Source: Takakia lepidozioides (taxonomy: Eukaryota > Plantae > Bryophyta). Taken from it: a DNA stretch of 64,000 nucleotides. This document shows positions 1 through 16,700 of the stretch, piece by piece; position 1 is the stretch's first letter; every line of letters starts with the position of its first letter. Location: NCBI GenBank assembly GCA_030704615.1, contig CM060733.1, positions 5,704,001 to 5,768,000 on the forward strand, written 5' to 3'. Under the pieces are notes generated by a model. The model was not told where the DNA came from and ran no database searches. It saw only the letters and a list, made by a program, of their open reading frames with translations. The position numbers and the translations under genes are program-made.

Positions 1-63
1 TCTGTATGTTAGTAGTAGTGTCAATCTATTTTTATAATAAAATGGGTTGGGGATAAATGTCAG

Positions 64-3717
<3,654 letters not shown>

Positions 3718-5655
3718 GAGCTGGATCCAGCCTGATTGTGATCCCAGGTGAGCAATATGATTGTGAATCTCATGTATGCCACAATCAGGTTTGATTTTTC
3801 TACAGATAATAAAGACTTGTTTTCTCGTTGATTATTCTCTAGCAGTGATGCTGAATTAATCTTCATCGTACATTAACTGGGTTGTAGTGTCCGGGCATAT
3901 CGTAGAGTTTTAATGACTAGTTGAAATCTTTGGAATTTTTTTATTGAAAATGGTAGTGAAGTCGCTAGTCCTTAATGCTACATTATTATCTGTGTTTTCT
4001 CATGACACAAAAACCAAAGAAAGCATGTCGGCATGTTGAGGCCGAGTTTGGCATATGTCCATCCCTTAAGCTGTCGACGAGATGAGTTCAAGGTCAGTTG
4101 GTGGGGTCAGTTGAATTGCATGTCTAAGCGATTTCTTGAGGCAAGACCGTCCAGGTAAACAGGCTTAGACTTGGTGGAAAAGGGTAGAAGAGATTTTCAA
4201 GTATCTGAATATTAGTCCAGAAGAATTGACCCTACTGGATGAAGCTTACCAAGAGGGGGTTGTGTCCAAAGCCATGTCTGATGCCCAAAGAAAATGAAGT
4301 TTGGCATAAAACTTCCCCTGAACTTGTTTCCAGTCTGTGACATGGACAAGGACCTGATCTGAAGGACCTACCAACCCTCGGCACAAGACTGAAATTTAAG
4401 CTCAGGGCGGGGAACCTACCTTTGAAGAAGAAACAGATAGAGAGGAATGATGATGTAGAGGTATGAGAGAGGATGTAGAGGTATTCTCACCAGATAGTGA
4501 CCCTCTTCAGGAACATCAAGTACGTAGTTCCTGCACCTCTGTTCACCAACTTTTAGAATCTCGAGGCTGAACCTAGTAAAAGCCCTGGCCCTGTTGGAAG
4601 GTAATTGCTGGGCAGCTCACACCCAGCAAGTTGATGCTTGTGTGAAGGGCTCTCTAGAGGATATCTGGAAAACCCAAATTCCAAACCCAAATCGCCTAAA
4701 CTGGGCGTAGGGTCCATGGCCACAAAGCTACGGCAAACGACGTCTTATGAGGACATTTATTCAATTTTGCTGCGCTGTAAGTCTGCTACAAGAAGGAAAC
4801 TGTTGATGTATTTCTTGAGGTTGTCTATGGTACCATAGATAATCCGAACCCTAAAATGTTCTTGCACCATCTCAAGAAAGATAAGCCACATGGACATTTG
4901 TAGGGTTGAGGAGGAAAAAACCCCTCAAATGAGCCATTGTTGACTTTGTTCACATCAATTGTGGCAGTCCTTCCATACTTAATCCACTTTTACTAGAGAT
5001 GAAATCCTCAGTGTCTATTCTAGTATCCACCAAAGGATTGGTGCCTCCTACTTGATCTCTTGTTTTGAGACCTGTTCGATCTCCTGTAGACTCAGCAAAA
5101 CCATTGGAGGCAAAATCACCAGCATCTGCCGGTACTTCTAGATTGGTGACAACAGGAGCACCAAAGTAAGTCTGTTGGCTTAGTTGTTGGTTCAGTTGTG
5201 TGACCATGTCCAATTGAACACTCAGATCTTGATTTTGCTGTATAGGCACGCCCTCCATAGTTAGAACGCATACAATTGATAAAAAATAGCAACAATTAAC
5301 CTTCTTCCTTAGGTCCTTCAATGTGCTCGCAGTAGATGTAATAAATTCGTTTCTTTCTTTTATTTCTCTTCTTTCTTCTCTCTTTGTCTTGTGGCATTTC
5401 TGTAAGATGTCACAGTCTTTGGAGAAATTGTTTTTACACCATATGTGCAATACTAAGCATTACACTCATAAATACATTATCTACGATTCTTGTTGTCCTC
5501 ATCAGTACATACCTAGGGTTCGAATGGCTTGGTGCGTATTTTCATTCTTGTTGGAGATCCCACTTTTTGTATGGTTCTATTTTCCTTTGTCTATGAGCTC
5601 TTTGAGTTTGTCGGGGTCGTTATCAAGTTTCTTTCTTCCTTCCTTCAAAAGAGAA

Positions 5656-5770
5656 AGAGCAGTGCATAGGTACTTGATATTTTCTTTTGAAAGAGCACTG
5701 CATAGGCACTTGATATTTTCTTTTGTAAGAGCGAGCAGTGCATAGTACATAGCACACATGTACTTGATGT
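5656..5770 (+). repeat. ~36-bp tandem repeat, 2-3 copies
   Basis: agagcagtgcataggtacttgatattttcttttgaa followed by agagcactgcataggcacttgatattttcttttgta and a partial third copy. Confidence 0.75.
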
Positions 5771-6249
5771 TTTAAAATGAATAGATTCTCGCATTCTATG
5801 GCTGACCCATGGAATCATAAACTGCTCACCTTTTGGAAAAATGCGACTTGCCGCAAAAGTTCTTGGTTCTTGGCTTGATATAGTTTATTCTGGCTTTCAA
5901 TTTCCTGCAAGCCCCAGGTGCGAGATCAACCGAGATCAACCAACACATTCATATTTAGAAACAACCTACATACTTTTCTTCAACCTTCTAGAATTTTGCT
6001 GTCTGCAGTTGGATTTCAAGCATTTATCTTATAATTCTAGAAAGCACATAATTACGAAAAGTCCTATAGTCGAAACCTTCTCAATAATGTGAAGGGAATC
6101 AATGGAACAAAATCTTAAATTACCTCCATATATGTGCGTTTTCGCTCTCTAGCCTGTTGGGCGCTGACACGGTTCCTCAGCAAACTGCACATTTAAGTAT
6201 AAAATATCAGCAAGAACTAGATTCTAGTTTGATTCTAGTAACAGGGACA

Positions 6250-6800
6250 CAGGAGGGGGTTTTAAGAAAATTAGGACTGGCAACAAAGGTATGGAGAGGA
6301 GTTATATTACAAAGAAGATGTTAAGTCAGAACAGGAAAGGAATCTAAGATTGAGCAAAGTCTAGTAGGTTAACTCAATTAACCGGCATGGACCGGGTTTG
6401 AGTGGGATAGAGGGTACAATTTCCACCATTAAGGATTTGCCCACTATATTGGATATGGCCTGGGCACCCTTTTCAGCATTGCTCTCTTATGTAGTTATTG
6501 GCCTTGCTCCGCTTGGCCGGGTGGGGGAAACGGAAGCCAATAGCTTCTGAGCCTCCTCTCCCTGCATCACCCGGCAAAAGAGAGTGAAGTCCTCAAATTT
6601 TTGGGAAGGTTTTATGACTTTTCGAAAAGAGATAATGAGGATTTTTCCTTCAACTCCATAACTACGGTTTGGACTACATGTCATATGCAATTGTTTCCAA
6701 TCTTCATTTGTGAATGCCAAAGTTACAAATGTAGAACTAAAATCTTAGAAGCGGACTGGGACTCTCCACATTTGAAGGTTGTTACGGTTTTTGCACTGTC
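6250..6800 (-). mobile_element. Possible degenerate LINE ORF1 remnant
   Basis: Stop-interrupted minus-strand coding-like text (ORF 6487-6720 and its continuation). No diagnostic motif could be read. Confidence 0.25.
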
Positions 6801-7640
6801 CCTCTATAATTGCGACTACTAACAACAATCCCTCTGTCCCTTTAAGAGAGAAAATCAAATCAAAATGAAATCGGTCACCTCGTCACTTCCCAGCAGGTAA
6901 CAATTTGACTTCAAATTTGAGTACTGTTACCGTTTTTTCTTGCGCTCTTCCTTTTGGCGTGTGTTTTGCATAGCAGAGGGATCCAAGGCTCCATCATTGG
7001 CATACCTTGCATTTCCATCCGATGCAGCATGTTTTGCTGTAATACAACGAAACTTTTTTTTGTAACTAACTACTAACTTTTGTAAGTTAGCCAAGACATG
7101 AAATGAAAATTTTAGTTTGCCGAACACAATATGTTCTACTTACAGCTTTGGGCGCAAAAAACAACCCAACATCACAGATTGTATATGCACTGTTCGTTTT
7201 GAGATTACCCTTACGAAAATTGTTTGTTTGACCAAATTGATGATTAACCCACCACTATAATACACACCTCCATGCATCCCAAAATTTGGTCATTGTTGGC
7301 TATCAAGCATTCTAAGTGAAAAGGGTCAAACTATGGTTTAGGTATCTCTATCTTATATCTCATGCTAATTTGGAGGAAATTACATGTCACTCATTGTTGG
7401 ACAACATGATTTTCAATGATGATTCTCAACTTAATTCTCAACATGATTCTCAATGATGTAGACTATCACTTGAAAAAAACAAACCTTAAGAGGTTTTTAA
7501 CATTGAACTTAGTTACTGTGGCGCCGCTACCTAGTGTTACGGTGTTAAAATCCCTCCTCAATTAATTAGTGTCAAATTACAACCTTCCATTACATTATTG
7601 TTGAAACCGGTTGTACATTATTCTACAGAATAACATGAGC

Positions 7641-7864
7641 AGTCAGTAGCTCAATTGGATAGTGCACCGAGTGCCACCCATATGATTCTGGGTCAAATCC
7701 TGCTTCATTGATGGGTGTGGTATGTTCTTCTGCCCATTCCCTTGGGCGGTGTCCCATCAGCAAGCCTTCAGGGCGAGGTTTCTCCTCTAGGCTCTAGCAC
7801 TATTAAGGGGCCTGATTTGTGCAGTGAGCTGTCGCTCCCAGGTGTTTCCCACGAAAAAAGAAAA
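7641..7864 (+). mobile_element. tRNA-derived SINE
   Basis: Pol III A-box TAGCTCAATTGG (7647-7658), B-box-like GGTCAAATCC (7691-7700), A-rich tail, and 9-bp TSD AACATGAGC at 7632-7640 and 7865-7873. Confidence 0.8.
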
Positions 7865-8554
7865 AACATGAGCTTTGATTGTGAAGAAATTACAGGAGCG
7901 AGTGTGAAAGTTTCGAAGAGAGACCTTCGCTGATGGCTGTAGAAGCGAGCCTCCTCTTCTCTCTCTTTGCAACGTCTGAGGACGCACGCCTTTGCCTCGC
8001 AATAGCTGCTGCAGTCGCTTGTGCCCTAGGTCATTCCCGTTCACATAAGTTATACAGATCATACTGCCAACCGTGTTGAGCATCTGGCACCAATTCACGA
8101 ACTTCACAACTTTTCTTTCGCACATTGGATCGGACCAGCCCTAATATAATTTGCAAACAAACATATGAGCATGTGACACGATGGCACATTCATATACATT
8201 ATGGGCTGTGCGTGGAACGAAATTTACGAGTATGTGTGTTGAGCTGATTGGGCGTCCAAAATCGGTTGATGCGAGAGTGGCTCTGTAGTGTTGGGTCGAA
8301 GAGGTACAAGGCCTGGATATGTATTTGTATATGATATCGGCCGTTGAAAAGAATTCGACCCTCCTGTCCCCAGACACCGGCACACCATTTCAGCATACTG
8401 GAAAGCAAAATTCATTGCGTAATTCATTTGGATTCAAGTCACGCTTGCGATGATACTAAACCATACTCCTTCAAAATGCAAGACATCTGATATGAGACAT
8501 AGCATGATCTTAATACGAATGTGAATATGAATGACAACGTCTTGCAACATTTGG

Positions 8555-8971
8555 CTATACATTCCATTCCATATTGTTGATCAGTCTATCAGCATTGCAG
8601 ATTGGGATGGATTCAATGTGCTCACCTCCACAATTCGGTTCGGAGAATGTCGAACCCGTTAAGTGTGGCGTCGAACCTATTAAGAAAGATCCACTCTTTG
8701 GATATGCGTCTGAGGTCTGAAGTAGATTTTGATCCAATATATGCTGATTTTCATGATAACCAGGACCTTGCAAATGAGAAATCGGGAGGCTTTGCTGTCC
8801 TAGCATGCACGGTGAAAAGAGACTCGGATTGTATCTGTGAGGATTGCCTATATTTTGAAGGTCTCGAATCTCTTTATCAAGTTCCTCTTCAGGAATGCCT
8901 ATGAGCTGTCCGGGCGCTACTTTCCCAGCGTTCCTTTGTGGTCTGTTATACATATCATAAATCCAAGCCTC
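8555..8971 (-). other. Open frame of ~135 aa of unknown function (possible exon or orphan gene)
   Basis: ORF 8555-8953 extends upstream to a possible acceptor tatgacag|gag at ~8971. No recognisable domain. Confidence 0.2.
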
Positions 8972-11900
8972 CTGTCATACCCCGGCCAGCCCAAATAATC
9001 TGTTTGTTAGAACAATCAAGAAACATGCAATTGATCACCAGGTGCAGAGTTACATTCTGAGTTACAGCTTCTGGCTTCAAAAAGCATGACCTAAGATCGA
9101 AATGCAGGGCTCATTCGTGCTCCTCCGCAGGTACGTAAGCCCCAGCAGCTGGATGCGGCCGCACAGCAAGAACACTGTCTCTCTCGCAAAGAACCTCTTT
9201 GCTCTCTCTGCCAGCGATCGCTCCTTAGCTGGCCAGCCCAGCCCAACTGCAGTAAACGTGGTGTTCTGTGTGTTTATTTTTATTTTTTATTTTTACCTTT
9301 TCCACCGAAAAAGAGGCCACCAGACCGACTCATCTCACAAGTTTCACCCCCCGGAAAAAATATAAAATATAAAAATATAAAATCGCCAATAATCCAAAAA
9401 TGTTATCCCTTCATGAGGAAAGCTCTTGGGGAAGTAAGTGAATAAGTTATAAATCATGTTTTTACAAGCTATGGTTAGACAAGTTACTTCTTCTATAGAA
9501 AATGGTCCATACATGAAAGGGGATTTTTTTTTCAGGGTCCATGTATAGGTCAGGGGATTACTATTTTCCAGGGCCCTGAACTATCCATGTGATATATCTA
9601 TTTAGATGTGATATATTTGAAATATTTTAATTCAATTTATATTGTTAGAAATGGAAGTTAGGTCACTTTTTGAGCTTACCGCGTTATTGCTTAATATATC
9701 TGGGGGAGAGTATCTAAGAAACAAAACTAGTTGTACATTGTAGTTCTAGATCATGTTTGATTAAATGCAGAGGCTTTTTGATAGATATTTGAAATAATGT
9801 GGATCGTCGATGTTCAGATCTTGCGTTCCAACGTTATCGTGCTGGTGCCCATGGGAGAGCCCATCCCAAAGTGGGCAGGGACTAGTTAGGCTAATTCCGG
9901 TCGGTGTCATCAAGTAGGACTTACACTAGTTGGCTGTGGACCACTTTTGATTTTGCGTTTGTTGAGGATGTGAGCAATAAAAGGGATCTCATAGCGATAA
10001 AATGTAAGGTAGGAGTGGGATAGTTTTAGGTTTTGCTTCAGAATAGTGGCTATGGCCGCCACCCAATACACCCGCAATGACAATAGTCAATGGTGTCCCG
10101 TCCATGTTGATGGAGGGCTAGAAGAAGTGGTTTTATGCTTTTCAAGTTTGTTAGAGATTGTTTGGCTCAATGGTGGCATAGAATTGATTCAATTAAGCTC
10201 TTCAACAACTTATAGCTAAAGTTGACTGTTGTTAAGTGTTGGGAGAAAAAATCTCAATAATCTTTTTAGCAATTCATTTATTATCGTCTTGAAAACAAAT
10301 TTTGCTCATAAAGAAGAAGAAAAAAACTCTTGCTGAAGCAAATGTAACTTATGGTGTCACGTCATCCTAAAAGGCTGTTGTTTGGAAGATGGACACCATT
10401 TCTAACGGCCGTAACCGGTGCAACATGATTGCTAACTTTCCCCCCGGACTTGAAAGTCCTAATGTAAATAACCGGTTGACCCAATTATCGCGGTTGTATA
10501 GTTGGGTTGGCCATAATGGATAACATCCAATATACACCTATATGACTTTGAACCCATGACAATTTTTTAAAGGCTGCCTTATGCCCTGCCTTATGCCCTA
10601 CCGAATAGGCAGTCTGTTATGTGCCTTTTTTTAAATAATAGCATTTACCAATTAAACTCATTGTAAACACTTATATAGTGGCATGTATTTCTATGTGTGG
10701 TTGCATACTTCCCTTGGTCCACATCCATCTATTAAGCTTATTAAAGTTGCTTCTTTGCTTTCAACAAAAAACCAGCCAGCCTTAAGTATAGCCCACTTAG
10801 AAGAAACATTAATTGGTTTAAGGGTGTCCATTCCCTTATAAAAAATTGAAAAAAAAAACAACGATTGAGAAGTGGTCCTTCCCTAGCATGGACTGTTTGG
10901 GGTCTAATCAGCTCAATTCTTCTACTTATTGATTATATTATTAATCGCAGTGATCTACTTCTTGTGAAGATGAGCTGCTATATAAAGAGGGACAGTGGCC
11001 CCAAAATTTTATAGATAGGGACTGAAAGTCCGAGAAATACAAGAGGTAAATAGAAGAGCCACCAGATAAGACTAAGAGAAAAAATTACCTCTAAAGGGTG
11101 TCGTAAGGCTGATCAAGGAAGGCACCGTTTCGTGACAAAGGGTAGTAAAAAGAGGTGGTTCGAAGCCTAGCAACACGGGAGCCAAGAGAGAAAGTCATGT
11201 TTGTGCACGAAGTCCCTAGCATGGAAGACAGCGCGGGTGCCAAGAGGAGCAGAACATAAGGCTAAATGGAAAGGGTCTATGTAAACAAAGAATGCGTAGC
11301 TCCCGATAGAAACAAGGAGAGCAGATGAAGAGTTCTCCAAGAAGGAAAACAAGGCAAGGAAAAGAAGTGACATCTCTACTTCAAGGGAAACTTGTCAAAC
11401 GAGAGCTGAATCTTGGATTTGCCTTTCCTAATGGATTTACAGTGCTTCTAATATTTGACCTCGGGCTCATCAACCACCAAGGGGGATTGCTTAGTGCTAA
11501 GAGAGCTGCCAGCTTGGTAAGATGTCGTCGTTCCAGTATATCCTCGAGGCAGATTGTTTGGTGAAGATTGTAACCCCCTTGCCCTAGGAGCTATCAAATT
11601 CGGCGAGAAGTTTGTCATGGTTTTGTTTGTGATTAGTTAGAAATAGTTATTTCTAGCTAATTAAGACTTTATACATTTATATTTGTATTTTGTTGGCATT
11701 GGGACTTCATTTGGTTCCATGTGGCAAGTGAGGTGGCAACCTCACTTCGGATGTGGAGAGGTTATCTGCACGTGATGTGTAGGAAGACTCGTCCTCTTCT
11801 AACCGAGTCTTCCAAGGCCTCTTTCGCCGCCATAGCTCTAGTGCTTGAGATGGAGTGTAGGTGAGGTCTGTATGGTGGAGTCATTTAGCAAAGGTGTCAT

Positions 11901-13115
11901 TGGGTTGACTTATATAATATGATAGAGTGGTTTCATTTCTTTTCACCATTTTCATATCACTAGAAGAAGACCTGCTTACATCTATATATGAGTGCAAGGT
12001 ATTAGCATAGTTAGCACTTGTGTGTTAAAGAGAGCTTGGTAGAGAGCTTCTATGTTATAAGGTGTAGCAGGGTTTGCAAGAGGAAGCCCCTTGTGGTGTT
12101 TATGCACAAGTGGAGGCCTTCCAGAAGAGCCCCAGTGCAAAGTTTAAGAACTAGTGAAGATAGTTCTTGTACTGCAAGTTGTTGCAGGGTTTGAGGAGTT
12201 CAAGAGAGCTCGGGTGTTAATCAGGCAAGTGGTGCATGTGTGGAATATGTTTTCAACCTGTGGGGGTCTTTAACTTCAAGCCTAGGAGAGTTAGGAGTAG
12301 AGGTACAATCTGATTTCTCTTTGGTGCAAGATAGTGCATTGTAGAGCATGCTTTGAGTTGGGGTTTTAGTCCCAAGCTTGGCAAGAGCATGTCTATGGAA
12401 GTGGCAAGTGCAGGGCTGAATTATGAACTCTAAGAGATGCACTATGGCCATAGAAGGAAGCACTATGAGTGCATACAATGGTTAGAAGAGGGTATGTCAT
12501 AGAAAGCTCAAGAGCTTGTTCTATGCTTGTTTCATGAGTTCCATGGAGAAATAGAGCTTATTGTGAGGCAAATAGCTTGCTCAGGGAGTTAAAAGCACAC
12601 TTGGTGGTCCATTGATGTCCAAGAAACCAAGAACAACACCTCTGGTTGCTCCATAGAAACCATAGCTCGTTGGCAGCAATCGCAGAGCCAAATCGGTGCA
12701 AACCCTAACCTAGGAACGCTTGGGAACTCCTTGGGAGCTCGTGTGAACGCATGGGAATGCCTAGGAACATTGCATCAGGGTTGGGAGCACCACCATTGAG
12801 CAATCGGATGAACTATTGAGCCAATGGATGAAAATCGGTGCTCCTAGATGAGAATCAGTCGCAGTGAATGAAATCTGCACCAGTGGATGAAATCTTGGTA
12901 TCGGATGAAAAATTGCGCTATTGAATGAACAATCGCGGCGATGGATGAAAGTGCGCGAGCGGATGAAATCGTGGCAGTGGATGAAATATCGAACATATGG
13001 ATGAAAAATCGCAGTTCTGGATGAAATTTGGTCAATGACGGATGAAAAATCGACTGACTGTGGGGATTTGTGGAGGTCTTTGAGGGCTCTTGGGAGGACT
13101 ATTGGAGGTCCTTGG

Positions 13116-13759
13116 TGTCACGGACATAGCCCAGAGGAACTTACCAGGAATAAAAACCAGAAGTTACCAAGTTATAATTTTACCAAAAGTTACCATGACT
13201 TACCGTGATTTACCATGATCTACCATGATCTACCATTACTTATCAAGTTACCGGAAGTTTACTAAGAGTAACTTGGGAAACTACTCAAGAAGCTTCCTTT
13301 GGAGGAAACTTCTCCATCAAGATACCTCATTTGTTTAAGGAAGCTTCTCCATCAAGAAACCTTTGTTTAATCTTGGAAACTTCTCCAGCAAGCAACCTCC
13401 ATAGGGGAAGCTTCTTAGGGAAGCTTCTTAGTAGCCAATATATATAGGAGGCGAGACTCGACACTATTCAGTTTCGCCAACACCAGTTCAAGCTACTCTT
13501 GTTTCCAGTTCCCAGTATTCCAGTCCAGTTCCCAGTACCCTAGCCCAGTTTCCAGTATCTGGTACTCCAGTCCAGTTTCCAACATTCTAGTATTCAAGTC
13601 GTGTTCCAATATCTTGTACTCTTGTTCATTGTTATAAAGATCGTCTTGATTCCTATTTACTCATCGTGCATTCGGCCACGCCGACCTTGACTTCTTGTCT
13701 AGCCTTGTACCTCTAGTCTTATCTCTTGTTTGTGTTCAGTTATGTTCTTGTCCTTGAAA
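13116..13759 (+). repeat. 5' LTR of chromovirus
   Basis: Starts TGTCACGGACATAGCCCAG and ends TCCTTGAAA (GACA in other copies). TATA at ~13441. Similar to copies at 19997-20992, 24048-24654 and 25873-26510. Confidence 0.93.
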
Positions 13760-13761
13760 TT

Positions 13762-13776
13762 TTGGCGAGACTGAAG
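13762..13776 (+). promoter_or_regulatory. Self-priming primer-binding site
   Basis: TTGGCGAGACTGAAG is complementary to LTR sequence TTCAGTTTCGCCAA (13467-13480), ~25 nt downstream of the TATA box. The 3' LTR copy (~20628-20642) is a perfect complement. Confidence 0.8.
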
Positions 13777-13797
13777 TTTGTTCCTTAGTTAGTTAAG

Positions 13798-16700
13798 ATG
13801 GAAGGCTCATTTGCGGAAATGGTCGCCACATTGCAGAGTCTTCAGCTCCAGATGCAAGAACTTCGTGCCTCTACTGCCCAACTACAAGCTGATCAGTCTC
13901 AAGACCTTGGCAATGCTCTCAACAATTTGCAACAACAAATTTCAGAGTTGAAGAAGTCGAACAATGGATCTTCAACCTTACGAGTCCCTACTACAACAAA
14001 TCCTACTGCAACAGTTCTTCCAAATCTTCAACAGATTACAAAGGAACCAAAGGTCAGCATGCCCGAGAAATTTGATGGGACGAGATCAAGATTTCGCGAA
14101 TTTGTTCAACAAGTACGATTGTTCCTACGACTACATCCACAACGCTACTCTGATGAAGGTATTCAAGTGGGATTTGTGGGCACCCTTCTATCATGCACTG
14201 CCCTATCTTGGTTTGCACCGCTATTAGAGAAAAATTCGCATTTACTATACAATTTTGAAGTGTTCATGTCCGAGTTCACTGCAACGTTTGGAGAGAATGA
14301 TAGAGAGAGAGTTGCAGAGACAAAGATACGAAATCTTCGACAACGAACACGTCCAGCTTCCGTTTATGCTGCCGAATTTCGACAACTTGCGTGCGACCTT
14401 GACTAGAATGAGAAGAGCCTCATTAGTCAGTTTCGATGTGGCCTAAAAGATGATATTAAAGATTCATTGCTGACAATGTCAAACGTGAGTACACTGAGCG
14501 AATTCATCACCCAAGTCATTGCATGCGATAATCGTTTGTTCGAAAGACGTCAAGAGAAACGATCTGGATGGTCGACGACGCACCATGCCGCTGCTACTAC
14601 GGCACCAAATGCAACGATCCATCAGACATCCGGTAATGATCCTATGCAGATTGATGCTGTCCGATTCAAGCCATTGACGCCACATGAAAATAAAGACGGC
14701 GCTCGAATGGATTATGCATTTATTGCGGAGAAAATGATCACATGGCATTAAACTGCCCCAACAAAAGAAGATTCAAAACTCAGAGCACCACTCAAGTGTT
14801 CGATACGAGGAGGTCGGAAAACGAAGATGTCCAGTCACAGTAGGGGCCATGCGGCTGGACACCCCAAATTCCTCACCAAAAAAATGTCTCTTTCTACCTC
14901 CAAACCCTGTATCTTGTTTCACAGTTCCAGTAAAGATCAGGATGCAAAATCGAGATATCTCCGTAGAAGCGCTTTTGGACTCGGGCGCTTCAGCGTGTTT
15001 CATTGACAAATACTTTGCGAAGCAACACAATTTAACGCTCGTAAGAAAGAAATTCTCGGCCCCTGTTGAAGTTATCGATGGATGACCGTTAGCATCAGGA
15101 AATGTTGACCATGAAACTCGACCCATTGAAGTGAAGCTTAAAAATCAAGCATCACAGATTGTTTTCAATGTCATCCAGTCTCCAACAAATCCTGTGATCC
15201 TTGGACTTCCCTGGTTTGTACTTCATAATCCTGACATCGACTGGCAATCACGAAAAATTTCGGCAAGACAAAAATGCAAAAGTACCAAAGGTATTCAACC
15301 CTTGTTTCTTGGAGCTAGAGCCTTCATGAGAGCTACCAAAAAAGAGGTGGCATTTGCACTTTATGCGACTCCGATCAAGACCACAACAGACAAAGGTACT
15401 TCAACATTACCCGCTCAATATCAAGATTTCAAATATGTCTTTGAGAAGAAAAATGCAAACATATTGCTAGAACATCGACCTTATGACTGTGCAATTGAAT
15501 TACAAGAAGGAGCCCAACCACCATTCGGCCCAATCTATAACTTATCCCAGACGGAGTTGGCTGCATTACGCGAATACATTGATGAAAATTTGTCAAAGCA
15601 CTTCATCCGTCATTCCAAATCACCCGCGGGGGCGCCTATCTTGTTTGTGAAAAGAAGGACGGATCATTACGCATGTGTGTCGACTATCGCGGTCTCAACA
15701 AAGTCACAATCAAGAATCGTTATCCGTTGCCGCTGATTTCTGGGCTTCTCGACCAGTTAGGACGTGCGAAGATTTTCACCAAAATCGACTTGAGAGAAGC
15801 TTATAACCTTGTACGGATAAAAGAATGAGACGAATGGAAAACAGCTTTTTGAACAAGGTATGGACATTTTGAATACAGTGTTATGCCTTTCAGTCTTACA
15901 AATGCTCCAGTAATTTTCCAACATATGATGAATGACATCTTTCGAGAATTTTTAAATGACTTTGTAGTCATCTATTTGGACGACATTTTGATATTTTCAC
16001 AGAACGAAGAAGAACATGGCCGTCATGTACGCCTTGTCCTTGATAAATTAAGAGAAATATGACTATATGTCAAGTTGAAGAAATGTCTTTTCCATCAATC
16101 TGAGGTCGAATTTATGGGCTACATTATTTCCGACAAAGACGTCTTTATGGATCAGAAGAAAATACAAACCATCATCGAGTGGATTAAACCAACTTCGGTC
16201 CGAGATGTACAATGTTTTGTGGGTTTTGCAAATTTCTATAGAATCTTCATCAATGACTATTCCAAAATTGTTGCACCATTGATACGACTCACAGAGAAGG
16301 ACAAATTTGTATGGGACGAGAAGGCTGACCAGGCATTTGAAAGGTTGAAACAGACATTTACAACAGCTCCAATATTGGTCCATGCAGACCCATCTAAACC
16401 ATTCTTCTTAGAAGCAGATGCATCGGACTTTGCACTTGGCGCGGTACTTTCACAATACGGTACAGATGGCCGACTCCACCCTGTTGATTTTCGTTCTCGC
16501 AAATTTTTCGCTGCGGAGATCAATTATGAAATCCATGACAAAGAACTTCTAGCGATTATCGATGTTTTTTAGGAGTGACGTCATCTATTGGAGGGAGCTA
16601 AACATCAGGTCACTGTCTATACCGATCACAAAAACCTCGAATATTTTATGAGTGCTCGTGTTTTGAATCGACGTCAAGCGAGATGGAGTATGTCACTAGC

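Noticed and set aside
4950-5745. ORFs of 166 and 140 aa
   Set aside because: Low-complexity or repeat-containing, overlapping on opposite strands, with no recognisable domain or splice pattern.
11000-11561. Possible LINE 3' remnant upstream of element B
   Set aside because: Coding-like but too decayed to show a diagnostic motif.
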